The notes beneath the pieces are model-generated. The model did no database searches and had not been told where the DNA came from. It saw only the letters and a list, made by a program, of their open reading frames with translations. 64,000 nucleotides of DNA from Pelagomonas calceolata. Lineage: Eukaryota. The stretch's first letter is position 1; each line of letters opens with the position of its first letter. This document shows, piece by piece, positions 51,337 to 62,954 of the stretch. The position numbers and the translations under genes are program-made. The stretch lies in contig CAKKNE010000002.1 in assembly GCA_918797485.1 (NCBI GenBank), positions 5,828,001 through 5,892,000 on the forward strand. Reading direction: 5' to 3'.

Positions 51337-52775
51337 CTATCGCGACGCCGGCACCTCCTCCCTCTGTTCAACCTCCTCCTCCTCGACGGCCTGGTCCTTC
51401 TTCTTGAGGACGTTGCCCCACGACGCGAACTGCTCGAAGGTCTTGGCGCTGAACATGGCGCCGACCATCCGGCCAAACCCTTCCCGCGATCGGCCCACAT
51501 CCCCATTGAACCGCGCGACGACCTCGGCCGGGTCGGGCCGCGGCCAGATCTTGGGAAAGTGCGGGTCCGTCAGCGGGTCGCCGTGCTTCAGCGAGTGGCG
51601 GCCCATGTCCGCGAATTCCACTTTTTCTTTGTCGACGTACGTCGCATCGTCGATCGCGACGGTCCCGCCCAGCACCCGCCGCTTCATGGAGCCCCAGTCC
51701 TGGCTGGTGGGGCCGTCGATCTTGTGGATCGTCCGCGCGTGCCAGACGATCAGATCGCCGGCCTTCGGTCGGAAGGTCGTGAAGTCGTGATATTCGGGCA
51801 AATCGCCCTCGTCGATGTTCACAAACACGGCATCTTCCGGCACGCACTTGTTGTTCTGCGACTTCTTGAGGTAGACGGGCGCGCCGTAGTCCTTGGGCGA
51901 GTCGTCCATCGTGACCCACCACCTTAACGCATTATCGAAGCCTGTGTGTGCATGGATCCGTGAGTTTCGCGTCGCGGCGATGGCGTGGAGGTCGTGATTC
52001 AGCCGCGTGTGGCGCCACGCTATCGAGCAGGCGCCGCGTCGATGGCTCGCGAGGCGCCACGGCGCGCGTCGATAGCGTGCCGGCGCTCGACTCGCCGTCG
52101 CGGCGGCGTGCGAGCGTCAGAGGCGGGCCGCGGGCGCGCTCGACGAACGCCGCACGTCGAGCCAAGCGCAAGTCGCGAAGGAAGCAAAAAAACGGGGACG
52201 CCGCGAAACGAACCGACGGGCCCGTTCTGGTTGTCCTGGTGCCACTTGAAGCCCTTGTTCGGGTTCACCATCAGTAAGTCGGTAGTCACTCGTACCGAGT
52301 CCTTGGCGCCCCCGAGCTGCGCGAGCGCCGTCGACACGGGCGAGTGGTACAAAAACTTGATGAACGCGTCGTTCGTCGTCCAGATGTTGCGCTGGATGTA
52401 ATCATATAAACCCGACGCGACGCCCGGCGACGCCCAGATGTGCGGGTGCTCGACCTGCCAGTCGGTGATCTCCCGCAGGTGCGCGAGCCATTCTTTGTTT
52501 AACAATCCCGGGATGACCACCACGCCTTCCCGCTCGAGCTCGGCCTTCTGCTCGGCCGTGATCTCGAAGGGCGCCGGCGTCGGGTTCCGCTCGTCGCAGC
52601 CGGCGGGCAGCGCGACGCCGGGGTCCTGGTTGTTGTACACATACTCCCAGACATTCACGTCGATGCCGTGCCTTCGGATGCCAGTCCTCGGCGGCGCCGT
52701 GCGCGCGGGCGGCGCGACGAGCGCGAGCGCGAGCGGCAGGGCCGCCGCGGCGGCGTAGATGCGCGAGGGAGCCAT
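51337..52775 (-). CDS. PhyH-family Fe(II)/2-oxoglutarate dioxygenase, signal-peptide bearing
   Basis: Exons 52775-52214 and 51941-51337 (GT-AG intron). Motifs EREGVVVIPGLL, WHQD, WVTMDD and AGDLIVWHARTIH. Confidence 0.88.
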
Positions 52776-53212
52776 GGTGCTGTGTGCCGCGCGCGCGCTT
52801 TTCGTAGCGCTGCGACGGGCGGCTGTGGGTCGTCTGGACCGTACAGCAGTGAGATCGCACGGCTGCGTCGCGCGTTGCTATGGATTCGGCTGCAAATGGC
52901 ACGAGACCAAAAAGTAAAGCAGGCTTGGATCGTGGTACGCCATCGGGTCAATCACTCACAGAAGCGTCGCTGGGGCCCGGCTGCAGCGCCTTCAGGACCC
53001 CTCGGTCACGCTTGGACCGGGGAGAAGAGGCCTCTCTCTCGTTCGGGTTCCTAGTAGAGTGAGCTCTAGAGGGGTTGAGGAGAGGAGCCCGAGCTTGGAC
53101 AGCGCAGAGTCCTCTGTAACGGCGCAATCCACATAACAGAAGCGCGTATACCCGCCGCGAGAGCTGCCACGACCGCGCAGTTGCTGCAAGGCCAAGCGCC
53201 GCGTCAAAAACG

Positions 53213-54603
53213 ATGAGGTTGATCCCGGTCTTGCTGCCGAGCCTGGCCACGGCCTTGGTGGCGCCGGCGCGCCCCCTCACGGTGACCCCGGCGCGATTAG
53301 CCCCCTTGCAAGCCGGCGCCGTCGCCGACGCCGAAAAACTGAAGGTGGCGCCCAAGCTCGAGAGCCCGCCCGTCGACTCCAGCGGCACGCTCCCGAAGGT
53401 GAACGGCGGCATCGTCATCGGCACGCGCAAGCTCGCCGTCGTGACGGGCGCGTCGTCCGGTTTAGGGTTGTACGGCGCCTTGTCCCTCGCCAAGCGCGGC
53501 GACTACTACGTGGTCCTCGCGTGCCGGAACGTCGAGCGCGCCGAGCGCGTCGCCAAGGAGATGGGCTTCCCCGCCAACAGCTACACGGTCATCAAGTGCG
53601 AGCTCGGGTCCTTCAAGAGCGTGCGAGACTTCGTTTTTAATCTCAGAGCCTTCAAGGGGCCCCGAGGGCTAGATGCTCTGGTTTGCAACGCGGCCGTCTA
53701 CCTGCCGGTCCGCGCCGCGGCGTCTTCATTGATCTTGAACGTGACGTCTTCGTGAGACCACGCCGCCTCGACGGCGTCGACGCGGCCGTCCGAGATTCGA
53801 CGCGTCTCGCGAGAGCGCCGCGGCGGTACGGGTGAACCGCCGGACACCCACAAAGGGGACCCAAAGATCACAAAACCACCACGCAGGCGGACCCCAAACC
53901 CAGATTCACGGAGGACGGCTACGAGATGTCCATGGGCGTGAACCACCTGGGCCACTTCCTCCTCACTCAATTACTCATGTCCGACCTCGAGAAGGCGAAG
54001 AACGCGCGGTGTATCATCGTTGGTTCGATTACGGGCAACTCCAATACCATCGGCGGTGGTTTAGTGTATCCTCGAGCCGATTTGGGCGACCTGTCCGGCC
54101 TCAAGGCCGGACCGGGTTCGGAGATGGCCGACGGCAAGCCCTTCTTCGGCGCCAAGGCCTACAAAGATTCGAAGGTCTGCAACATGATGACGGTCCAGGA
54201 GATGCACCGCCGCTTCCACGACAAGACGGGGATTACGTTCTCCTCCTTGTATCCTGGGTGTATTGCGGAGACAGGGCTCTTCAGAGAAAAGCGGGGCTGG
54301 TTCCGGTCGCTCTTCCCGGTCTTCATGAAGTACGTGACGGGAGGGTACGTCTCGGAGGCCGAGGCCGGAGATAGATTGGCCCAGGTCGTGTATGATCCGG
54401 TGGCGTCGAAGAGCGGCGTCTACTGGTCGTGGAACGGCAACGCGCAGCAGGTCGGGCTGTACGATCCCTCTTCCGGTAGCGTCAAGGGCGCGGGCGGCTC
54501 CGGGGGCGAGATCTTCGAGAACAAATACTCCTCGTCGACGGCGGACGAGCGGACCGCGGCGGAGATGTACGAGGCGTCGATGAAGGCCTGCGGCCTCGCA
54601 TGA
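53213..54603 (+). CDS. POR: Light-dependent protochlorophyllide oxidoreductase
   Basis: Exons 53213-53707 and 53887-54603. [71 protein letters not shown]. Confidence 0.97.
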
Positions 54604-54734
54604 GCCTCGGACAACATTGCTGCTGTTTTCCCTCCGTCGTCTTACCCCCGTTCATAAATGATGAATAGTGAATTCGTTCTTCCGCGACTGCCCCGCCTTT
54701 GCGGCGATGGCGTCGAGCCGTGTTGCTTAGAGCT

Positions 54735-54880
54735 TGACCGCACGCCCGCCCTGCCCCCGGTCCCCATACGCCGCCACGGTCACCCCGAGTGTTAGCTCGG
54801 AGGCGACGACGGCGAGGGGGGAGCAGGCCGGACGCCGGAATCCCAAGGCCGCGACGGTGGCGCATCGGGGGCCGCCGCGG
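54735..54880. repeat. Dispersed repeat, copy 2
   Basis: Direct-orientation match to 2476-2614. Confidence 0.9.
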
Positions 54881-55050
54881 TATAGCTGTTACGGAGCTAG
54901 GACTAGTGGGCGGTGCACCCTGGGGGAGGCACACTCGGGCGATGGCGTATGAGGGCCAGGGGCGGCCGGGCAAACGGTCGCGCAGCCCCTACGTCGGCTC
55001 CGCGGCTAGGAGGCATGCCCCAACGTAGGGGGCGTATCTAGTACAAGTGC

Positions 55051-58000
55051 TTAGGTCAGCGGCGAGCCGTCGTCGTCGGGCGGCGGCGGCGGCGCGAAGG
55101 GTGCCGGCGCCGGCGCGAAGCCGACGCGCGTCGAAGAGGGCGTCGCCGTCGGCGTCGCGCCGGGGTCCGGCCGCGACGGGTCGTCGGGGAAGTCCCACTG
55201 GTGCTCGGGCGCCTTGCCCAGCCTCAGATTCTGTCTATCTTGGGTAATCTTCCGCCGCCCCTCGAGCAGGCGGTAGATGCGCCGCTTGATAGGAAGAATT
55301 CGCGAGTACTGGAATTGAGCTTTCACATAGAGCACCGCGGCCTCCTGCGGGATGCCGAACTGGGCCGTCGTCGTCGCCGTCGGTCGCAAGATTGAGAGAG
55401 TCAGGGCCTGCTTCCTCTGGTCGGATAAGTCGGACAAGGCTATAGTAGTAGAGCCTCGCTTGAGTCTTTTCGCGTGGTCCATGATCTCGATGAAGATCTC
55501 CGCTTTGCTTGTTTTCACTGGTGCGAGCGAGAAGGTCTGGTTGAAGACCATGCGCGCGCCCGCGCTCCGCAGGTCCTCCGGGAGCTCATTGGAGCGCGGC
55601 GGTTTTTTGGCCGGTTTCGAGACCTGGGGCGCCGGGCCGGGAGGACCTTCGTAGGCTCGTTGATGTCTCGGAGTAGGATCGCGCACGTGCACGACCGCTC
55701 TACAAGAAGAAGCATTGACGGGGTCGTGGCGCTGGCCGACGTTCTCGGCCTCGAGTACCGTTAAAGTGACCATGCCTAGGGCCAGGCCCGGCGTCCTTCT
55801 GGAGTACGAAACCCCACAATCTTCATTAAAGACCTCGGTCTTGCACGCGACTCTGTACTGTGATCGTGCGATCGTGACATCAGACTCACAAGCTCGCAAT
55901 TTCTCGTCCAAGTAAGCGATGCGTGACCGTGTAAATGGAGACATGCCATCCGTCGTCGACTGCGACCGCTCCCTAACTTCGCTCCGGTCGACGTGGCCCC
56001 GCTTCAGGCCCGCCACCTCGTCCTCATCGTCTTCGAAGACCTCTTCGAACCTACAGTGCTTGTGCCGGTCGACGACGTGCTCCTGGCGCTTCTGGATCTC
56101 TTCGAGCCGCGTCGGTATGCCCGTCGAACACAGGTGGGCTAGAGCTTTGGTCAGGAGTAGGAGTTGTTCGACCACAAAAAAAGCGCACAGTTTCTCATTC
56201 GAGGACCAGTCCTCGAGGGACTTCGTCGTATACACAATGATGCCGGCGTTCGTGAACACGGCCAGCAACGACATGGTGTCCATGAGCGTGCCCCACGAGC
56301 CCACGGTCTCCGCGGGCGTCGGCGTCGGCCGCTGCGAGTCACAAACGAGTCCATAGGCGTCGACGCGCATCTGCAGCAGAATTTCTAAAGCGGCCAACAA
56401 CGGCATGTAGTAGAAGCCCAAGGACCACATACAAACTAAACCCATCTGCAAGACGATCTCCGCGTAGTCGTCGAACAGCCCCTCGTATTCCTCGAGCTCC
56501 GCCTCGTCCACAAAGGCCGGGTGCTCCAAGGCTTTCAGCCGGTCTCCCTCCTCCACATCATCATGCATCGGGTTCTCTCCATCGTTATCTTCATTAGTAT
56601 CGGCCTCCGGGAGCACGAGCTTGAGGAAGGCCTTGTAGGACCTCGAAACGCAGCCGCCGCCCACAATCCCCCACAGGGCTAAGGCAAACCTAACCCCGAA
56701 AATGACGCCCGTCAGGCGCTTCAGGTCGCTCAAACAGTTGTCGTCTCCACTAATGCAGCCCCAGTACCAGCCCTTGAAGAAGGCTGTGAGTGCTAGCGAA
56801 CTATAGTTGTTCATAATTTCAAACGCAAAAACTTTCAACACCAAATTGTTGTCGTAGTTCGTTTGCGTCTGGTAGTTCTCGGATTCGTTCAGGTAGTAGG
56901 CGATGGGGTTGTACAGGCGCGAGAACCATTGGATCAGGATCGCGATGAGCAGCGGCAACACGTAGCCCGCGAGCGACGCCGGCAGCACGTCCAACAACTT
57001 GTACTCCAATTCAAAAATCAACGCGAAGATCACCAAGATCAGCAAGGCCAACAATGCCACAATAATTGAATTGAAAAACTGCGTCCGCGCCCGCTTCTCC
57101 GCCGGGTAGTAGGTCTCGTTCTGGTTCGTGATCGGCGACAGCCTTCTAGGCTCGTCCGCGTCTCCCACAAACTGCGGCCGGTCGGCCTCCTCCTCCTCGA
57201 AGTCCAGCATGCCCCACTTCGTCGCGCACCACTGCTGCTCGACGTCCCAGCCGTCCTTATATAAGGCGGACCAGGCCACGAGGAAGAACGCTAAACTGAC
57301 CTGGACGGGCTTCCACCAGCCCTCGTCGTCTGCTGATTGGCCGGTCACGAATTCGTAGATGCCCGCCGCCGTGAGCACGATTGTTGGGGTCGTCAATGAA
57401 TAGCCGTAGTAGCCCAACCACGCAAAATATAACGCCACCTGTTCCCCGAAGTACGCGCGGATCTCCATGAGCGGCTGCGCCCACGGCCTCTCCCAGTACT
57501 GGCACGCCTCGCCCTTGTCGATTTGCGGCATGCTGACGCGCGGCGCGCCGCAGTCCCGGGGACCCGACCGCCAAAATAAAACCCAGTGGTCGCTGAACCA
57601 TTCCAGAGTTAATGATTCTCCGGCATTGGCGTCGTGCAGCGCGAGGCACTGCTCGACGACCTTGTGCTCCACCAACACGCCGAAGTCGAAGTGCTCGTCC
57701 ATGATCTTCGACGTGAGGTAGAGGCGGTCCTTGGGCAGGAAGAGCGTCTTGCCTCGGACCGAAGGGTACTCGTCATACAAGTGCCGCGATTCGGGCGCCG
57801 TCGTAAAGTCCGCGTGGGCCGGGAACCGGTTCGTCACCGGCACGCGGTCCGCGATTCTTTCCAGAGTGTGCACGCGCCGCGACCAGTGTTTTTTGGTAGG
57901 CTCGGCCTCGTCGAAGACGGCCGCGTCGTTCGGGCCCACCTTCCCGGCCCGATACAAATCCTCTAATAGTTCATTGGCCTGGTTCTTCTCGTACAAGATA

Positions 58001-58641
58001 CTCTCCTCGACGATCTCGCAGAAGATGGGCTTGCCCTCGGCGTCCTGGTCGGCGGACTTGCGCCAGAACTCGGGCCCGGGGTCGACCTCGCCCCGGAACT
58101 TGAGCTTGTGGTTCAGCTCGTCGGCCTTGCGCTCGAGGAGCGCCATGGGCGCGCGCACGCGGCAGAAGACCTTCGAGCCGTCCTGCGCGAGCGTCAGCTC
58201 GAGCTGCAGGCCGGCCTTCGTCAGGCGGTCGACGACGTGCTCCCGCACGAGCCCCTGCAGGGCCGTCAGGGGCACGGTGTCGCCGCCCTCCGCGCTCGAC
58301 ACGGTGTCCGTCCGGAAGCGCGACACCCACTCCTGCCGGAGCCACTCGATGCCCGCCGTCTTCCGGTCCTCGTCGCCGGGGATGGCCTGGAACCAGAGCG
58401 TCTCGATCTGGCACCAGCTGATGCGGTCGCCCTCGGCCTCGCTCTCGTCGTCGTCCGGCCGCGGGAAGACCAAGAGGAAGTCGTACTTGTCGCACGTCGG
58501 GTCGAACTGCACGCCGTCGCTGTCCGTCGGGTAGTTCCGGCTTCTCCGCTTCTTCTGGCGGTCCCCGGGGAAGTTGTAGACGGCGCCGCCGTCCACGAGG
58601 CTCTCGCGCAGCTCGCGCTGGCGGCTGGACACGAGCCCCAT
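55051..58641 (-). CDS. Anoctamin/TMEM16 family protein with C-terminal C2 domain
   Basis: QPLMEIRAYFGEQVALYFAWLGYY, ENYQTQTNYDNNLVLKVFAF, DDYAEIVLQMG, EILLQMRVDA, VGSW...AVFTN. C2-like VTLTVLEAENV...FNQTF...IEIMD...LSDL. Likely ATG at 58641 (MGLVSS). Confidence 0.92.
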   Translation of the reverse strand: MGLVSSRQRELRESLVDGGAVYNFPGDRQKKRRSRNYPTDSDGVQFDPTCDKYDFLLVFPRPDDDESEAEGDRISWCQIETLWFQAIPGDEDRKTAGIEWLRQEWVSRFRTDTVSSAEGGDTVPLTALQGLVREHVVDRLTKAGLQLELTLAQDGSKVFCRVRAPMALLERKADELNHKLKFRGEVDPGPEFWRKSADQDAEGKPIFCEIVEESILYEKNQANELLEDLYRAGKVGPNDAAVFDEAEPTKKHWSRRVHTLERIADRVPVTNRFPAHADFTTAPESRHLYDEYPSVRGKTLFLPKDRLYLTSKIMDEHFDFGVLVEHKVVEQCLALHDANAGESLTLEWFSDHWVLFWRSGPRDCGAPRVSMPQIDKGEACQYWERPWAQPLMEIRAYFGEQVALYFAWLGYYGYSLTTPTIVLTAAGIYEFVTGQSADDEGWWKPVQVSLAFFLVAWSALYKDGWDVEQQWCATKWGMLDFEEEEADRPQFVGDADEPRRLSPITNQNETYYPAEKRARTQFFNSIIVALLALLILVIFALIFELEYKLLDVLPASLAGYVLPLLIAILIQWFSRLYNPIAYYLNESENYQTQTNYDNNLVLKVFAFEIMNNYSSLALTAFFKGWYWGCISGDDNCLSDLKRLTGVIFGVRFALALWGIVGGGCVSRSYKAFLKLVLPEADTNEDNDGENPMHDDVEEGDRLKALEHPAFVDEAELEEYEGLFDDYAEIVLQMGLVCMWSLGFYYMPLLAALEILLQMRVDAYGLVCDSQRPTPTPAETVGSWGTLMDTMSLLAVFTNAGIIVYTTKSLEDWSSNEKLCAFFVVEQLLLLTKALAHLCSTGIPTRLEEIQKRQEHVVDRHKHCRFEEVFEDDEDEVAGLKRGHVDRSEVRERSQSTTDGMSPFTRSRIAYLDEKLRACESDVTIARSQYRVACKTEVFNEDCGVSYSRRTPGLALGMVTLTVLEAENVGQRHDPVNASSCRAVVHVRDPTPRHQRAYEGPPGPAPQVSKPAKKPPRSNELPEDLRSAGARMVFNQTFSLAPVKTSKAEIFIEIMDHAKRLKRGSTTIALSDLSDQRKQALTLSILRPTATTTAQFGIPQEAAVLYVKAQFQYSRILPIKRRIYRLLEGRRKITQDRQNLRLGKAPEHQWDFPDDPSRPDPGATPTATPSSTRVGFAPAPAPFAPPPPPDDDGSPLT

Positions 58642-58927
58642 GCTTGGGCTGCCCCTGCGGGCCGCCCCTTTTATGAATGAGACCTGGTGGTCTGTGCAGC
58701 CTCCGCTCGCCGGCTGCCGCCGGGAATTGGCCTCTCCAAGGAGGAGGATGGCTGTGTTGGCTGTGAATCGAAGCTCGCGGGTTCGATCAACCGCACGCCA
58801 GCGGAGGAGCGCTCGCGTGGCGCTCCGACGGCTCGCCCGACGATGGCATCGTTGGGGTTTTGAATCCATTTTTTTGGTCGGGACGACTGGGGGGCAGCAG
58901 CACAGCGTCTCGGGCAGCCTCGCGACG

Positions 58928-61039
58928 ATGGAGGCGGCCACCAGCGATGGGTCCGCGAGCAGCAGCGTGGTCCCCTCGTCGAGCGGTGCGACGACGCCGA
59001 CGCGGTCGAGCACCGTGGCCTCCGCTCAGACAAATGACAGTGAGGCCGAGGCGGCGGCGGCCGAGGCGGCGGCGCTGCGGGTCGAGATGGCGGCGCTGCA
59101 GGAACGGCTCGCCCGGGCCGAGGCCAAAGAGCGAAGTTGCCGGGCGAAGGCCGCCGTCGCGGACGCGGACGCCGGACCGGCGCCGGAGGCCGACGCGCCG
59201 ACGATGCTCGTCACCGAGTTCGAGGGATATGAGGAGGGCCCGCCCGACGAGTTACAACGCATGCAAGTATTAAACGAAGACGGCGAGCTCGTGGACAAGC
59301 CGCCCCTCGACGAGGCGGAGCAGAAGCGTCCCATGGCCGAGCACGACGCGCACCTCGCGGGGCTCGCGAAGACGGCGCTGGCGCACCGGCGGAAGGGCCG
59401 GTACAAGGCCGCCGCCTCATCCAGACTCGAGGCGCTCTCGTACGCGCGGAACGTCCACCGGGCCCGCGCGCAGGGCCTGGCGCACGAGTCCGTGACGCCG
59501 GAGGCCGCGCGGGACCGCCTCAGTTCCGCCGTCGTGAATTACGTCGGCGAGGCCGTCGGCGAGTACAACGACCGCGGTAGGAGGGCGTTGAAACGGGGCA
59601 AAACGGGCGACTACCGCGAGGCGTGCCAGTACTTTGCGGCCTTCCGCGAGACGATCAAGAAGCTGGGCAAGGAGACGCACGAGCTGCCCGGCGCCGTGTG
59701 CGAGGCGTGGTCCCGCTTCGCGTCGCAGGAACTCGCGTACGCCCTATATACGCTCGGCCGCGGCGAGCTCGCGGGCCACGCGGGCGCGAAGCGGCGGCCG
59801 GGCTGCGAGGGCCCCGTCGACGCCTGTGCCACGCTGAAAGCAGCTTTAGACCTCGATCCGGGCCTCGCGGGCCCGCATCGGAGCGCGGCCCTCGGGGACC
59901 TCGCGGCGGCGCTCGACGGCCGCGGCGCGCCGCGCGCCGCCGTCCTCGCGGCGCGCGACGGCCAGGTCGCGGCGATGGCGGCGCCCGAGGAGGTGGAGCC
60001 GGCGGGCGTCTTCGACCGCGCGCGCCGCGCGGCGCCGCCGGCGCGCTGGACCGACGCCGACGCGCGCGTCGCGGCGCTCGCCGACGCGGCGCGCCTCGCC
60101 GGCGAGCTCGTGCGCAATCGGTGTCTTCATCCGTTCTTGTGTGTGGCTGCTCGAGTCGGGGCGCGATAGTGGTACTCTCGCTCACGCCGTTTCCTCACGC
60201 AGGGCGACCATAAAGCCGCGGCGGACCGCGCGAACGACGCCGTGCGCGCGGCGACGTCGCCGCCGGCGCACGCGGCGGCGGCGCTCGCCGTCGGTCGCGC
60301 GGCGCTGGCGCGCGGCGACGCGCGCGCGGCGGCCGCGGCGCTCCGCGACGCCTTGAATGACACGGCGCTGCCGGCGGATTTGCGGCCGGGCGCGCAGCGC
60401 GACCGCGACGCGGCCGAGGCCACGGCCGCCGTCGCCGTGACCGCGCCGCCGGGGGCACCGGTGCCCTGGTACGCCCCGCCTCCGGCGGAAACTGCCGATC
60501 CGGCCGACGACGCTGCCATCGAGGCGGCGCAGGCCGCCCTCTGGAGCAAGAAGGACGCGCGGAAGGCGGCGGGGATCCTCCGGCGCGCCGTCGCCGGCGC
60601 CGAGCGGGCGCCGGCGGCGCTGCTGGCCTTCCTGTACGGCGTCGAGGCTCTCGTGCTGCGGGCGGACGCCGCGGAGGCGTCCCACGTGCTCGCGCGCGCG
60701 CGGCGCGCCGCCGGCCGCGATCCAGCCCTCGGCGACTGCGCGTGCTGCGGCGCGGCGATGAGCGTCGACGCCCCGGCCGCGGACCGGCCCTTCGTGCTCG
60801 GGTGCGGCCACTGCTTCCACGCGCCGTGCCTCGCCGGCTTCTGCGCGAAGCAGCAGGGCGAGTGCCCGTCGTGCGGGAAGACCGCGGACGCCGAGGACGT
60901 CGCGTGCTTGTGGCTGTGGGCCTTTGGCGACCGCGCCGCCCGCGGGGAGCCGCTCTCGGACGCGCAGCGCGCGCTCGCGAACGAGCTCTGCGACGCCGGG
61001 CTGGCGAAGCGGATCCAGCCTCCCTCGTCGTCCTCGTAG
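58928..61039 (+). CDS. Helical-repeat protein with C-terminal RING-H2 finger (putative E3 ligase)
   Basis: Exons 58928-60109 and 60203-61039 (GT-AG intron). RING CACC...LGCGHCFHAPCL...CPSC. Confidence 0.75.
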
Positions 61040-61126
61040 TCGTTAAATTAGTTTGTCTCCTACCTGGTCGCGCCACAAGCGCCGCAGAAGCGGATCCAGC
61101 CGTCGTCTAGTGAAATTAGTTGTCCC

Positions 61127-61643
61127 CTACCTGGCCGCCCCACAGCTTCCGCAGAAGCGTGCGTCCGACTTCATCGGTGCGCCGCACTGCGTGCAGAATC
61201 CGGAGGGTGCCGGCGGCGCTGATGCGCCGACGACGACGGCGTTCACGGGCGGCGCCACGCCGAGCACCTGGCCCGTGGCGACTGGCTCGCCGTCCCTGAC
61301 GACAAGTGAGTAGTGCGTGCGCGTGCGCGTGTGGTAGCCGCCGCGGCGGTGGCCGATGGCCGTGTCCGTGCCCACGCCCGTGCCGACGCCGGAGTCGTAG
61401 TAGGTGCTGTAGGTTTGGTAGCTTTCGAGCGTTAAACCGACCCCGTGGCGTTCGTAGTTGGGCGACATGCGGTTGATCGCGGCCTGTGCAGATGATCGCG
61501 TCGATACCCACGCCATCGACGCGGCGTCTCTCTCGAGTGCTGCACCCGACTCACTGGTTAATTTCCACACGGATTGCCGCGGGCACGTCCGTGCTCATGG
61601 CCTTTGAGAGCTGCCGCGCGTTCGCGCTAGCGCAAAGGACCAT
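61127..61643 (-). CDS. Small protein with C-terminal zinc ribbon (5' end uncertain)
   Basis: Exons 61643-61581 and 61483-61127; ends in FCTQCGAPMKSDARFCGSCGA. Confidence 0.65.
61484..61572. mobile_element. Degenerate introner element (opposite orientation)
   Basis: The minus-strand end ccgtgtggaaattaaccagtgagtcgggtgca matches the 27418 and 48202 elements. Degenerate TSD atcgcggc / attgccgc. Confidence 0.75.
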
Positions 61644-62208
61644 GGGAGATGTATCTTACTCTAGAAGCGGCGGCGTAGGCGGCGTAGGCGATTGCACATG
61701 TATTGTACCACCCTAGACGACCTCGGGGAGACCGCAGGACCACGAATTGACAGAATTCAACCGGCGCGGCCGCCCTGGTGGGATCGTCAATTTCGCGAAT
61801 TAAAAAAATTAATTTTTTCGCCCCCCAGTAAGTGCCCCATTGATCTCTTTGGACCATTAGCGAACCGAACGGCACTCAAACGACTGCATGGCGCGTTCGA
61901 GTGCTGGCTAGTGTCTTAGGTCGCTAGCTCGGCCTGCTCTTTTTTTGCATGCCAGTAAAGCTAAATCACTTGCGATTGAGCCCCCTTACTCCAGAGCTCG
62001 CGGGTTTCTACGTCGACAGCGTTTGCATGCCAGCCGTACGAATTGTCCTCTCCGGCTAAACAGCTTTTATCTACACAGCCGCGACTTCTCCTGTGGCTCA
62101 GCCTCGTAATTGCATCCCTTATCAGCGCCCCAGCGCAAGAGGGCTGCTGGGTGACACTCACTATGCATCAGCAGGAGCCTGCGTGACCGGGATACCTAAC
62201 ATAAAAAA

Positions 62209-62910
62209 ATGACCGCCCACGAGGAGGCGCGCGCGACCACGTCGCTCGTCGTCTACGAGCCACCGGCGGTGCTGAACGTCCAGCAAGCCGAGCGGCGCTA
62301 CGAGCTACCACGGACCGGTGCCGTCTTCGTGCGCCAGGCGTGGGGCAGCGGCGACACCGGGGCGGCGCAGTGGCCGGCGGGTGTGGAACTGGCCAAGCTG
62401 ATCGATTCCGAGGGCCCGGAACGCTGGCGCGGCAAGCGCGTGCTCGAGATCTCGGCCGGCGGCGGCGCGGTCGTTGCCATTGCTCTTATGCGCGCGGGCG
62501 CCACCGTTGTTGCCACGGACGCCGACGCCGAGGCTTTGAAGCTACACGAGGAGAATGCGCGGGCAAATATCGAGCCCGACGTCTTCGCGTCGCGCTACCG
62601 CGGAGCTCTCGTGCTGCGCTGGGGCGACGATCCGGCGGCGGCCATCTCGGCCCTGGGTGGTTCCCCCGACGTCGTCGTCGCCTCGGACGTCGCCTACCCA
62701 GGCACGCGCGACGCGTGGCCCGCCTTCGCGCGGACCCTCGTCGCCGTCGGCGCTGGCGCGCGTATGCTGTACGGCCACGCGAGCCGCTACGAGGCCGTCG
62801 ACCGGCGGTTCTTTCGCGTGCTGCGCGAGGGTGGCGTGCGAGCGGAGCGCGTCGTCGACAAGGGTTCGGTGGCGGGCGTGGGGCTGTTCGAGCTTGTTGT
62901 TGGTTCTTAA
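62209..62910 (+). CDS. METTL21-family (Methyltransf_16-type) protein methyltransferase
   Basis: TGAAQWPAGVELA, GKRVLEISAGGG, VVATD, LRWGD and DVVVASDVAY. Confidence 0.85.
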   Translation: MTAHEEARATTSLVVYEPPAVLNVQQAERRYELPRTGAVFVRQAWGSGDTGAAQWPAGVELAKLIDSEGPERWRGKRVLEISAGGGAVVAIALMRAGATVVATDADAEALKLHEENARANIEPDVFASRYRGALVLRWGDDPAAAISALGGSPDVVVASDVAYPGTRDAWPAFARTLVAVGAGARMLYGHASRYEAVDRRFFRVLREGGVRAERVVDKGSVAGVGLFELVVGS

Positions 62911-62954
62911 TTTGTGTGATCTAACCTAGCCTCCAAGCGGGTGCGAAAGACAAC

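Noticed and set aside
25288..54603. Photosynthesis gene cluster (petJ x2, POR, plastid-targeted enzymes)
   Set aside because: The genes are interspersed with unrelated housekeeping genes, as expected in a compact algal genome.
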